This document shows positions 12,308 to 25,180 of a stretch of 64,000 nucleotides of DNA, piece by piece. The stretch covers positions 5,995 through 69,994 of the forward strand of contig NIVC01003322.1 in NCBI GenBank assembly GCA_002269645.1, written 5' to 3'. The notes below the pieces were generated by a model. The model was not told the origin of the DNA and ran no database searches. It saw only the letters and a list, made by a program, of their open reading frames with translations. How positions within the stretch are numbered: position 1 is the first letter of the stretch; every line of letters begins with the position of its first letter. Source of the stretch: Macrostomum lignano (lineage: Eukaryota). The position numbers and the translations under genes were made by a program.

Positions 12308-14508
12308 AGAAGTGGAACTCCTCCTTCGGAGGAGAAAGGGGAAGAACTCCCATCACCGGAATTCTATTCCCTAAAATATCCATCAACTGAAATTCCATGT
12401 CTTTAACCCTATCTTCCAAATCGTCTCCAAATTCTTTACAAAATCTTTCAAAGACCATAGCTCAAAGACTCTCAAGTCTCTCATATCTCCTCTCTCCTCT
12501 CTTTCATCTCATCTCTACCCCTGCTCCCTTATTTATCTCTTCTCCCTCGTCTTTCGTCTGTACCTTCTCCTGTCTTCTGTCTCCTCTCTTCACTCTTATC
12601 TCTCCCTCTTCTCTCCTCTCTCATATGTCATCTCTACTCACTTATCTATCGTCTCTCTTAACCCTCTCTCTCTCTTCTCTTTTCTCTTCTCTCTGCTCTC
12701 ATTTCTCATATTTCATATACGCTCTGACACTACTTTCTTGTCTCCCATCTTTCTTCCTCCTTTTCACTATCCCTGTCTCTTCTCTTCTCTCTTTTCTATT
12801 CTCTCCATTCTCTCTTTTCTCCTTTCCTTGCTCCTTTCATCTCTCTCCTCTCTCCTCACTCTCTTCTCCTTTCGCTTCTCTCTCCTCTCTCTCCTCTCAT
12901 CTTTACTACCTTATTTATATCTTCTCCCTAGTCTTTCGTCTGTACTCTCTCCTGTCTCCTCTCTCCCCTGCTCTCTCATCCCTCATCTCCTCATCTCACT
13001 CTTTCTTTCTCCTCTACTCTCCCCTCTCTTCTATTGCCTCTGTACGCTCTTATCCCTCATCTATTCTCTCTCCTATCATCTCCAATCTGTCATGTCTAAT
13101 CTCTCCACTCAATTATACTCTGTTTTCTATCATCTCTTCTCTCTTCTCTTTTCAGTCTTCTCTTTACTCTCTTCTCTGACTGATTGAAGATGCCAAATCC
13201 ATCAAGATCCTCTCCGCGAAGCAAAAATCCTGTCTGTGCAACTAAAAACCATCGAAATCCTCTCCGTGAAACTGGACTCCTTCGAAATCCTCTCCTTGAA
13301 ACCTGAATCCATCAAAATTGTTTCCATAAAACAGAAATCAATCATAAATTATCTCCGCGAAACAGAAAGCCTCTCCGTGAAGCTGAACATGATCGAAATC
13401 CTCTCCGTGAAACTGAACACCATGGAAATCCTTTCGTGAAACTGAACATCATCGAAATCCTCTCCACGAAACAGAAATCTTCTCCGTCAGAATTTAAACA
13501 TTGAAATCGTCTCCGCTAAACTTGACTTAATCGAATTTTTTCCGTCAAACAACTCAACTCGCCAGATTCATTAGGGTTAGGGTTAGGGTTAGGGTTAGAA
13601 CTACGCACAGCTTCGTGTTAAAAGGCACAGATAAAAATATTGAACTAATTGAATCAATTCATTGCGCAACCGATTTCACAGTCAGTCAGTATCAGCCTCA
13701 GGTAAAGTTAACAAAAGATTGCGCAATCTAAATCAACCCTCCAATCCACAGCAGCAGTGAGAAGTTGAACCCTCCCCCCAACTTTATCTATTACGTCTTG
13801 CAAAACTGAGTACAATATTTGCAAAAAGTTAAAAGTATGGAAATAGTTTTCCAAATGCTGTGCTTTTTCTTTTCATAGTTAAAGCAAACAACTTTTATCC
13901 CCGAACTCAGCGTTGCAAGATCTTGCCAGCAATATAAGTTTCTCCTCTCAAAGTTTAAAACTCGAGGAACAGTTAGCGTTTGAAACTGTCTGATTTATAG
14001 CATTGAAGTATCGAGTGTACGTTCACTGCCTGCTTGCAAGTTGATGCATTGAATTTCAATGTCCAACAAATACACAGGACTGCCCATTGATAGGCAGGAA
14101 AACTTATCAGTAGCCATATCATTGCGCAATTATCTATAAAGTCAGCCAGTGAGCCAGGGTCCAATTGTACACACGCCGCCAATGAGAACGCGCCCATTCC
14201 CCCACAGGAGAGAAAATGCACTGGCGACATAGGAAAAAGTTGTGGCGTAATCACTCAAAATTTATGCCAATTTTCAGCTCCGAGCAGAAAGAGGGGACAA
14301 TTAAGATTATCAAAGGTCAAGACCGCCGTTTTCTGCTTTTTTAGGGATCTTAAAAATTGAAAATGAAAGATTAAAATAGCCTAAAGCCATCCTCGGAAAA
14401 TTTGCAGTTTTCCCATATAAGTTTCAACGCTGAGTTGCAAGTATTCTAGGAGGAGTTATCGAACTGACATACAGACAGACAAACAACGCGTCAACTTTAG
14501 TATATAGA
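12308..14508 (-). mobile_element. Non-autonomous Helitron unit, 2.2 kb
   Basis: Tail hairpin 12318-12334, CT block about 12455-13178, 30-bp minisatellite, TTAGGG tract, AT module, head TC at 14508-14507. Confidence 0.8.
13571..13600 (+). repeat. Interstitial telomeric (TTAGGG)4 tract
   Basis: (ttaggg)4 ttagaa. Confidence 0.9.
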
Positions 14509-17044
14509 CGAGTGGAACTCCTCCTTCGGAGGAGAAAGGGGAAGAACTCCCATCACCGGAATTCTATTCCCTGAAATATCCATCAACTGAAATTCCATGT
14601 CTTTAACCCTATCTTCCAAATCGTCTCCAAATTCTTTACAAAATTTTGAAAGACCATAGCTCAAAGACTCTTACGTCTCTCATATCTACTCTCTCCTCTC
14701 TTCGCTATTATCGTGACTCGCTTCTCTCTCCTCTCTCTCATCTCATCTCTACCCCTACTCTCTTATTTATCTCTACTCCCTTATTTATCTCTTCTCCCTC
14801 GTCTTTCGTCTGTACCCTATCCTGTCTACTCTCCTATCTTCTATCTTATCTCTCCCCTTTTCTCTCCTCTCTCATATCTCATCTCTAATCACTTATCTAT
14901 CGTCTCCGCTCTACTTTCTCTCTTCTTTTTTCTCTCTTCTCTCTGCTCTCATTTCTCGTATCTCTTATACGCTCTCACCCTCTCCTTTCTTATCTCCCAT
15001 CTTTCTTCCCTCCTTTCTACTGCATCACCTGTCTCCTCTCTTCTCTTTTCTCTCCTCTCCATTCTCTCTTCTCTACTCTCATCTCCCCTCATCTCTTCTC
15101 TAATCTCTAATCTCTTCTCTCTCTTATTTTCTCACTCATCTCTTTTCTCATTGCATCTCTCATCTCTCCTCTCTCTCTCTCCTCTCATCTGTACTATCTT
15201 TTTTATCTCTTCTCCCAGGTCTTTCAAATTTACTCTCTCCTGTCTCCTCTCTCCCCTCGTCTTTCCTCTCTCATATCTCTTCTCTACTCACTTATATATT
15301 CTCTCTCCTCTGCTCCCCTTTTACACTTTCCTATATGCTCTCACTCTCACCCTCCCCTTTCTTATCTGCTGTTTTTACACTCCTTTCTACCACCTGTCTC
15401 CTCTCGTTTCTCTCCTCTCTGCACTCTCATCTTTACCCTCTTCTTTCTCCTCACTACTTTCTTCTCTTAAATCTCTGATCTCTGATCTTTCATCTCTCTC
15501 CTCTCACCTCTCACCTCTCTCCTCTCTTTCCTCTCTTCTATTGCCTCTGTACGCTCTTGTCCCTCCTTTCTTCTCCATCCTGTCTCCTCTCTGCAATCTC
15601 ATATCTCCTCTCTCATATCCTCTCCCTTCATCTCCTCTCTCCTCTTCTCTTCTCTCTCCTTCGTTCCCGCCTTACTTTCCTCTTCTCTCCCATCTGTCAT
15701 GTCTAATCTCTCCACTCATTTCTACTCTGTTTTCTACCATCTCATCTCTCTTCTCTTTTCATTCTTCTCTTTACTCTCTTCTCTGACTGATTGAAGATGC
15801 CAAATCCATCAAGATCCTCTCCGCGAAGCAGAAATCCTGTCCGTGCAACTGAAAACCATCGAAATCCTCTCCGTGAAGCTGAACATCATCGAAATCCTCT
15901 CCGTGAAACTGAACACCATCGAAATCCTCTCCACGAAACAGAAATTTTCTCCGTCAAAATTAAAACATTGAAATCGTCTCCGCTAAACTGGACTTAATCG
16001 AATTTTTTCCGTCAAACAACTCAACTCTCCGGATTGGTTAGGGTTAGGGTTAGGGTTAGGGTTAGAACTACGCACAGCTTCGTGTTAAAAGGCACTGATA
16101 AAAATATTGAACTAATTGAATCATTTCATTGCGCAACCGATTTCACAGTCAGTCAGTATCAGTCTCAGTTAAAGTTAACAAAAACATTGCGCAATATAAA
16201 TCAACACTCCAATACACAGTAGCAGTGAGAAGTTGAACCCTCCCCCCCCCAACTTTATCTATTACGTCTCGCAAAACTGAGTACAATCTTTGCAGCAAGT
16301 TAAAAGTATGGAAATAGTTTTTTCAAATGCTGACATGCTGTGCTTTTTCTTTTCATATTTAAAGCAAACAACTTATATCCCCGAACTCAGCGTTGCAAGA
16401 TCTTTCCAGCAATATAAGTCTCTCCTCTCAAAGTTTAAAACTCGAGGAACAGTTAGCGTTTGAAATTTACCGATTTCCCGACTGCTTGCTAGAGATAGAG
16501 AAGCTCGCAAGTTTATTCATTGAATTTCACTGCCAAACTAATACACAGGGCTGCCTATGGAAAAAAAGGCGCCAATAATAAAACCAAATGAATCTCGACA
16601 CAGTCTATCTATTTACACTGTACAACTGCTATGTACACTCAACTCAAGCCCAACCCCTGTTCTGGGGGAAGCATTAACTTTAACTCAACCCCCCCAACAC
16701 GCGGGGGGTTTTATTTGCATTGAACGCAGAACACGCGCACCCACCACCCCTCAATACACAGCGGCCCCGCGGGCGGAGGTTGGGGTGGCTATTTTTACAA
16801 ACTGGCTGCAGCCCCAGGCAGAGTAGCAAAAGAAGGTTATTGGGGGTCAAAAAGGCAGTTTTCTGCTTTTTTAAGGATCTTAGAAATTAAAATTTCAGAA
16901 TTAAAATAGCCTATAGCCGACCTCGGATAATTTCCAATCTTCCCATATAAGTTTCAACGCTGAGTTGGCACTATTCAAGGAGGAGTTGTCGAAATGACAG
17001 ACAGACATACAGACAGACAAACAACGCGTCAACTTTAGTATATA
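14509..17044 (-). mobile_element. Non-autonomous Helitron unit, 2.5 kb, with chimeric subterminal region
   Basis: Tail hairpin 14518-14534. CT block 14713-15786 is nearly identical to 2037-3107. TTAGGG tract, then head ending about 17044. Confidence 0.8.
16038..16067 (+). repeat. Interstitial telomeric (TTAGGG)4 tract
   Basis: (ttaggg)4 ttagaa. Confidence 0.9.
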
Positions 17045-19669
17045 AGTGGAACTCCTCCTTCGGAGGAGAAAGGGGAAGAACTCCCATCACCGGAATTCCA
17101 TTCCCTGAAATATCCATCAACTGAAATTCCATGTCTTGAACCCTATCTTCCAAATCGTCTCCAAATTCTTTACAAACCTTTCAAAGACTATAGCTCAAAG
17201 ACTCTTACGTCTCTCATATCTCCTCTCTCCTCTCTTCGCTATTATCTTGACTCTCTTCTCTCTCCTCTCTCTCTTCTCATCTCTACTCCCTTTATCTATC
17301 TCTTCTCCCTCGTCTTTCGTCTCTACTTTCTCCTTTCTCCTCTTCTCTCTCATCTCTCATCTGTACTCTTTTTCTTTCTCCTCTACTCTCTCCTCTTCTA
17401 TTTCCTCTGTACGCTCTTATCCCTCCTCTCTTCTTTCTCCTCTTATCTCTCCTGTCTCCTCTTTGCTATCTTATATCTCCCCTCCCATCTCCTCTCTTCT
17501 TTTCTCTTCTCTCTCCTTCGTTCCCGCCTTACTCCCCTCTTCTCTCCCATCTGGCATGTCTAATCTCTCCACTCATTTCTACTCTGTTTTCTATCATCTC
17601 ATCTCTCTTCTCTTTTCATTCTTTTCCTTACTCTATTCTCTGACTGATTGAAGATGCCAAATACATCAAGATCCTCTCCGCGAAGCAGAAATCCTGTTCG
17701 TGCAACTGAAAACCATCGAAATCCTCTCCGTGAAACTGGACTCCTTCGAAATCCTCTCCTTGAAACCTGAATCCATCAAAATTGTTTCCATAAAACAGAA
17801 ATCAATCATAAATTATCTCAGCGAAACAGAAAGCCTCTCCGTGAAGCTGAACATGATCGAAATCCTCTCCGTGAAACTGAAGACCATGGAAATCCTTTCG
17901 TGAAACTGAACATCATCGAAATCCTCTCCACGAAACAGAAATCTTCTCCGTCAGAATTTAAACATTGAAATCGTCTCCGCTAAACTTGACTTAATCGAAT
18001 TTTTTCCGTCAAACAACTCAACTCGCCAGATTCATTAGGGCTAGGGTTAAGGTTAGGGTTAGGGTTAGGGTTAGAACTACGCACAGCTTCGTGTTAAAAG
18101 GCACTGATAAAAATATTGAATTAATTGAATCAAATCATTGCGCAACCGATTTCACAGTCAGTCAGTATCAGTCTCAGTTAAAGTTAACAAAAACATTGCG
18201 CAATCTAAATCAACCCTCCAATACACAGCAGCAGTGAGAAGTTGAACCCTCCCCCAACTTTATCTATTACGTCTCGCAAAACTGAGTACAATTTTTGCAG
18301 AAAGTTAAAAGTATGGAAATAGTTTTTTAAATGCGGTGCTTTTTCTTTTCATATTTAAAGCAAACAACTTATATCCCTAAACTCAGCGTTGCAAGATCTT
18401 TCCAGCAATATAAGTCTCTCCTCTCAAAGTTTAAAACTCAAGGAGCAGTTAGCGTTTGAAATTTACCGATTTCCCGACTGCTTGCCTGAGAGGCTCGCAA
18501 TTTTGTACATTGAATTTCACTGCCAAGCTAATACACAGGGCCGATAATAAAAAAGCTAACCAATTGAATCAATTGATTGCGCAATATATTTCTGTGTTAG
18601 TCAGTATAAGTCTCAGTTAAAGTTAACAAAAAGTTTGCGCAATCTAATCAACCCTCCAATACAAAGCAACTGACCCCCTTCCTATACACAGCGCCAGTTA
18701 GAAGTCGAAACCCCCAACTTTATCTCTCACCTCTCGCCAAAATGAGTACAATCTTTGCAGAAAGTTTAAAGTATGGAAATAGTTTTTGCAATGCAGAGCT
18801 TTTAGTTTTCATATTTGAAGCAAACAATTTATATCCCTGAAATCAGCTTTGCAAGTTCTTTCCAGCAATATAAATTTTTTCTCTCAAAGTTAAAAACTCG
18901 AGCAACAGTTTGCGTTTGAAACTTTCTGATTTAAAGCATTGAAATATCGATTGTACGTTCACTGCCTGCTAAAGAGGCCCGCAAGTTTATGCATTGAATT
19001 TCAAGGTTCAACAAAATCACAGGGCTGCCTATTGAAAATTAGAACACAAATCTTTGCGCAATTGTCTATACAGTCAGCCAGTGAGCCAGGGTCCGATTGT
19101 ACACAGGCAGCCATTTAGAACGCCCCATCCCCCCACTGGAGAGAAAATACACTGCAGAGATAGGGAAAAGTTGTGGCGCAATCACTTGAAATTCATGCAA
19201 ATTTTCAGCTCCAAGCAGAAAGAGGGGACAATTAAGATTATCAAAGGTCAAGACCGCCGTTTTCTGCTTTTTTGAGGATCTTAGAAATTAAAATTTCAGA
19301 ATTAAAATAGCCTATAGCCGACCTCGGATAATTTCCAATCTTCCCATATAAGTTTCAACGCTGAGTTGCCACTATTCAAGGAGGAGTTGTCGAAATGACA
19401 CACACACACACACACACACAGACAGACAGACAAACAACACGTCAACTTTAGTATATATACAGACAAACAACGCGTCAACTTTAGTATATATAGATAGATA
19501 GATAGAAAATTTCAGAATTAAAATAGCCTATAGCCGACCTCGGATAATTTCCAATCTTCCCATATAAGTTTCAACGCTGAGTTGCCACTATTCAAGGAGG
19601 AGTTGTCGAAATGACAGACAGACACACAGACAGACAGACAAACAACGCGTCAACTTTAGTATATATAGA
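17045..19669 (-). mobile_element. Non-autonomous Helitron unit, 2.6 kb, with reiterated 5' heads
   Basis: Tail hairpin 17052-17068, CT block, TTAGGG tract, two AT modules. Head motif repeated three times between about 19430 and 19669. Confidence 0.8.
18035..18076 (+). repeat. Interstitial telomeric tract with variants
   Basis: ttaggg ctaggg ttaagg (ttaggg)3 ttagaa. Confidence 0.9.
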
Positions 19670-20102
19670 TAGAAGTGGAACTCCTCCTTCGGAGGAGAAA
19701 GGGGAAGAACTCCCATCACCGGAATTCCATTCCCTGAATTATCCATCAACTGAAATTCCATGTCTTGAACCCCATCTTCCAAATCGTCTCCAAATTCTTT
19801 ACAAACCTTTCAAAGACCATAGCTCAAAGACTCTTACGTCTCTCATATCTACTCTCTCCTCTCTTCGCTATTATCGTGACTCTCTTCTCTCTCCTCTCTC
19901 TCATCTCATCTCTACCCCTACTTCCTTATTTATCTCTTCTCCCTCGTCTTTCGTCTGTACCCCCTCCTGTCTCCTCTGTTCTCTGTTCTATCACATCTGT
20001 ATTCTTCACTTCTGTCTCCTGTCTCCTCTCTTCTCTCTTATCTCTCCTTCTTCTCTTCTCTCTCATATGTCATCTCTACTCACTTATCTATCGTCTCTCT
20101 TA

Positions 20103-20163
<61 letters not shown>

Positions 20164-22439
20164 CTCTCTGCTCTCATTTCTTATATCTCATATACGGTCT
20201 CAGACTCTACTTTCTTGTCTCCCATCTTTCTTTCCTCCTTTCCACTACCCCCGTCTCTTCTCTTCTCTCTTTTCTAATCTCTAATCTCTTCTCTCTTATG
20301 TTCTCACTCATCTCTTCTCCTCGCATCTCTCATCTCTCCTCTCCTCACTACTTCCCTCTCTTAACTCTCTCATCTCTGATTTTTCATCTCTCTCCTCTCT
20401 CCTCTCGCTCTTTTCCTTTCGCTTCTCTCTCCTCCCTCTCCTCTCATCTCTACTACTTTATTTATATCTTCTCCCTCGTCTTTCGTCTCTACTCTCGTCT
20501 GTCTCCTTTCTCCCCTTTTTTCTCCTCTTTTCTCTCTTCTCTCTCCGCTCCTCTCTCATCTCTCATCCCTCATCTCACTCTTTCTTTCTCCTCTACTCTC
20601 CCCTCTCTTCTATTTCCTCTGTACGCTCTTATCCTTCATCTATTCTCTCTCCTATTATCTCTCTTGTCTCCCTTTGCTATCTCATATATCCACTCTTATC
20701 TCCTCTCTCCTCTTCGCTTTTCTGTCCTTCGTTCCCGCCTTAATCCCTCTTCTCTCCCATCTGTCATGTCTAATCTCTCCACTCATTTCTACTCTGTTTT
20801 CTACCATCTCATATCTCTTCTCTTTTCATTCTTCTTTTTATTCTCTTCTCTGACTGATTGAAGATGCCAAATCAATCAAGATCCTCTCCGCGAAGCAGAA
20901 ATCCTGTCCGTGCAACTGAAAACCATCGAAATCCTCTCCGTGAAACTGAAGAGAATCGAAATCCTCTCCGCGAAACAGAAATCCTCTCCGTGAAACTGAA
21001 AACCATCGAAATTCTTTCTTTTAAACTGGACTCAATCGAAATTTTCTCCGTCAAAAAGAATAAATATCAGGATTCATTGGTTATTGTTAAGGGTTAGGGT
21101 TAGGGTTAGAGCTACACACAGCTGCGTGTTCAAATAAAAAATGAACCAATTGAATCAATTGATTGCGCAACCGATTTCACAGTCAGTCAGTATCAGTCTC
21201 AGTTAAAGTTAGCAAAAAAATTGCGCAATCTAAATCAACCCTCCAGTACACAGAGACCGACCCCTTTTCAATACGCAGTGGCAGTTAGAAATTGAACCTC
21301 AAACTTTTGGGGGCATTGAACAAAAAATGAGTACAATCTTTGCATAAAGCTAAAAGTATGGAAATGGTTTTTTGAAACATTTTATATCCTCGAACTCAGC
21401 GTTGCAAGATCTTTTCAGCAGTATAAGTCTCTTCTCTTAAAGTTTAGAACTCGAAGAGCAGTTAGCGTTTGAAAGTTCCCGTTTTAAAGCATTGAAATAT
21501 CGAGTATACGTTCACTGCCTGCCAAAGAGGCTCGCAAGTTTATTCATTCATTACACAGGCCGGCTATTACACAGGGCAGCCTATTGAAAGGCACAGATAA
21601 TAAAACAAAATTGATGGCGCAACTGATTTCACAGTATGTCAGTATCAGTCTCAGTTACAGTTAACAAAAAGATTGCGCAATCTAAATCAACCCTCCAATA
21701 CACAGCGCCCGACCGCCTTCCACTACGCAGTGGCAATTAGCAATTGAACCCCCCAAATTTATCTCTGACCTATCGCAAAAATAAGTACAATCTTTGCAGC
21801 AAGTTAAAAGTAAAAGTAATAAAATCGTTTTTTGAATGCTGTGCTTTTAATTTTTACAGTTAAAGCAAACAACTTATATCCCTGAACTCAGCGTTGCAAG
21901 ATCTTTCCAGCAATATAAGTCTCTCCTCTCAAAGTTCAAAAATCGAGCAACAGTTAGCATTTGAAACTTTCTGATTTAAAGCATTGAAATATCGAGTGTA
22001 CGTTCACTGCCTGCTAGAGAGGCTCGCAAATTGATGCATTGAATTTCACTGTCCGCCAGTTAGCTAGGGTCCAAGTGTACACACGCCGCCACTGAGAACG
22101 CTCCTATCCCCCACTGGAGAGAAAATACACTGCCAAGTTAGCAAAATTTTATGGCGCAATCACTTAAAATTCATGCAAATTTTCAGCTCCAAGCAGAAAG
22201 AGGGGACAATTAAGATTATCAAAGGTCAAGACCGCCGTTTTCTGCTTTTTTGAGGATCTTAGAAATTAAAATTTCAGAATTAAAATAGCCTATAGCCGAC
22301 CTCGGATAATTTCCAATCTTCCCATATAAGTTTCAACGCTGAGTTGCCACTATTCAAGGAGGAGTTGTCGAAATGACACACACACACACACACACACAGA
22401 CAGACAGACAAACAACACGTCAACTTTAGTATATATAGA
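19670..22439 (-). mobile_element. Non-autonomous Helitron unit, 2.8 kb
   Basis: Tail hairpin 19681-19697, CT block about 19835-20852 including a (CT)n run near 20105-20155, TTAGGG tract, two AT modules, head TC at 22439-22438. Confidence 0.8.
21081..21111 (+). repeat. Degenerate interstitial telomeric tract
   Basis: ttattg ttaaggg (ttaggg)2 ttagag. Confidence 0.85.
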
Positions 22440-25138
22440 CGAGTGGAACTCCTCCTTCGGAGGAGAAAGGGGAAGAACTCCCATCACCGGAATTCCATTC
22501 CCTGAAATCCATCAGCTGAAACTCCACTTGAATCCCATCTTCCAAATCGTCTCCAAATTCTTTACAAAATCTTTGAAAGACCATAGCTCAAAGACTCTCA
22601 CGTCTCTCATATCTCCTCTCTCTTCTATTCGCTATTATTGTGACTCTCTTCTCTCTCCTCTCTCTCTCATCTCATCTCTACCCGTACTCCCTTATTTATG
22701 TTTTATCCCTCGTCTTTCGTCTGTACCCTCTCCTGTCTCTTGTCTCCTCTCTTCTCTCATATCTCTCCTCTTCACTTCTGTCTCCTGTCTTCTCTCTTCT
22801 CTCTTATCTCTCCCTCTTCTCTCCTCTTTTATATGTCATCCCTATTCACTTATCTATCGTCTCTCTTAACCCTCTCTCTCTTCTCTTTTCTTTCCTCTCT
22901 GCTCTCATTTCTCATATCTCATATACGCTCTCACACTCCACTTACTTGTCTCCAATCTTTCTTTCCTCCTTTCCACTTTTCCCTGTCTCTTCTCTTCTCT
23001 CTTTTCTATCCTCTCCATTCTCTCTTTTCTCCTCCCTTGCTCCTTTTATCTTCTCCCCTCTCTTCTCTAATCTCTTCTCTCTTCTCTCTTATGTTCTCAC
23101 TCATCTCTTTTTATCGCATCTCTCATCTCTCCTCTCCTCACTACTTTCCTCTCTTAACTCTCTTATCTATTTCATCTCTCTCCTCTCTCCTCTTTCTCTT
23201 CTCCTCTCGCTTCTTCTCTCGCTTCTCTCTCCTATCTCTCCTCTCATCTCTACTACCGTATTTATATCTTCTAACTGGTCCTTCGTCTCTACTCTCTCCT
23301 TTCTCCTTTCTCCCCTCTTTTCTCCTTTCTTGTCTCTCCTGTCTCCCCTCCTCTCTCATCCCTCATCCCCTCATCTCACTCTTTCTTTCTCCTCTACTCT
23401 CCCCTCTCTTCTATTTTCTCTGTACGCTCTTATCCCTAATCTATTTTCTCTCCTCTCTCCTCTTTTCTACTCTCTCCCTCTTCGTTCCCGCCTAAATCCC
23501 CTCTTCTCTCCAATCTGTCATGTCTAATATCTCCACTTATTTCTACTCTGTTTTCTATCATCTCATCTCTCTTCTGCTTTCATTCTTCTCTTTACTCTTT
23601 TCTCTGACTGATTGAAGATGCCAAATCCATCAAGATCCTCTCCGCGAAGCAGAAATCCTGTCCGTGCAACTGAAAACCATCGAAATTCTCTCTTTTAAAC
23701 TGGACTCAATCGAAATTTTCTCCGTCAAAAAAAATAAATATCAGGATTCATTGGTTAGGGTTATTGTTAGGGTTAGGGTTAGGGTTAAAGCTACACAGCT
23801 GCGTGTTCAAATAAAAATTGAACCAATTGAATCAATTGATTGCGCAACCGATTTCTCAGTCAGTCAGTATCAGTCTCAGTTAAAGTTAACAAAAAGATTG
23901 CGCAATCTAAATCAACCCTCCAGTACACAGAGACCGACCTCTTTTCAATACGCAGTAGCAGTTAGAAATTGAACGCCGAACTGTTGGGGGCATTGAACCA
24001 AAAAATGAGTACAATCTTTGCATAAAGCTAAAAGTATGGAAATAGTTTTTTTGATGCTGCTCTTTTAGTCTTTACATTTATAGCAAACAATTTATATCCT
24101 CGAACTCAGCGTTGCAAGATCTTTTCAGCAGTATAAGTATCTTCTCTTAAAGTTTAGAACTCGAAGAGCAGTTAGCGTTTGAAAGTTCCCGTTTTAAGGC
24201 ATTGAAATATTGCGTGTACGTTCACTGCCTGCCAAAGAGGCTCGCAAATTTATTCATTCATTACACAGGCTGGCTATTACACAGGGCAGCCTATTGAAAG
24301 GCACAGATAATAAAACAAATTGATGGCGCAACCGATTTCACAGTCAGTCAGTATCAGTCTCAGTTAAAGTTAAGAAAAACATTGCGCAATCTAAATCAAC
24401 CCTCCAATACACAGCGCCCGACCGCCTTCCACTACGCAGTGGCAATTAGCAATTGAACCCCCCAAATTTATCTCTGACCTATCGCAAAAATAAGTACAAT
24501 CTTTGCAGCAAGTTAAAAGTAAAAGTAATAAAATCGTTTTTTGAATGCTGTGCTTTTAATTTTTACAGTTAAAGCAAACAACTTATATCCCTGAACTCAG
24601 CGTTGCAAAATCTTTCCAGCAATATAAGTCTCTCCTCTCAAAGTTCAAAAATCGAGCAACAGTTAGCATTTGAAACTTTCTGATTTAAAGCATTGAAATA
24701 TCGAGTGTACGTTCACTGCCTGCTAGAGAGGCTCGCAAATTGATGCATTGAATTTCACTGTCCGCCAGTTAGCTAGGGTCCAAGTGTACACACGCCGCCA
24801 CTGAGAACGCTCCTATCCCCCCACTGGAGAGAAAAAACACTGCCAAGTTAGCAAAATTTTATGGCGCAATCACTTAAAATTCATGCAGATTTTCAGCTCC
24901 AAGCAGAAAGAGGGGACAATTAAGATTATCAAAGGTCAAGACCGCCGTTTTCTGCTTTTTTGAGGATCTTAGAAATTAAAATTTCAGAATTAAAATAGCC
25001 TATAGCCGACCTCGGATAATTTCCAATCTTCCCATATAAGTTTCAACGCTGAGTTGGCACTATTCAAGGAGGAGTTGTCGAAATGACAGACAGACACACA
25101 GACAGACAGACAAACAACGCGTCAACTTTAGTATATAC

Positions 25139-25177
<39 letters not shown>

Positions 25178-25180
25178 GAG
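22440..25180 (-). mobile_element. Non-autonomous Helitron unit, 2.7 kb
   Basis: Tail hairpin 22449-22465, CT block about 22590-23605, TTAGGG tract, two AT modules. Head runs into a (GATA)n tract. Confidence 0.8.
23755..23790 (+). repeat. Interstitial telomeric tract
   Basis: ttaggg ttattg (ttaggg)3 ttaaag. Confidence 0.9.

Noticed and set aside
568-23527. Long L/S/P/F-rich ORFs of 200-416 aa on the plus strand
   Set aside because: They arise from pyrimidine-only tracts that cannot easily form stop codons; they are open in several frames at once and antisense to the element.
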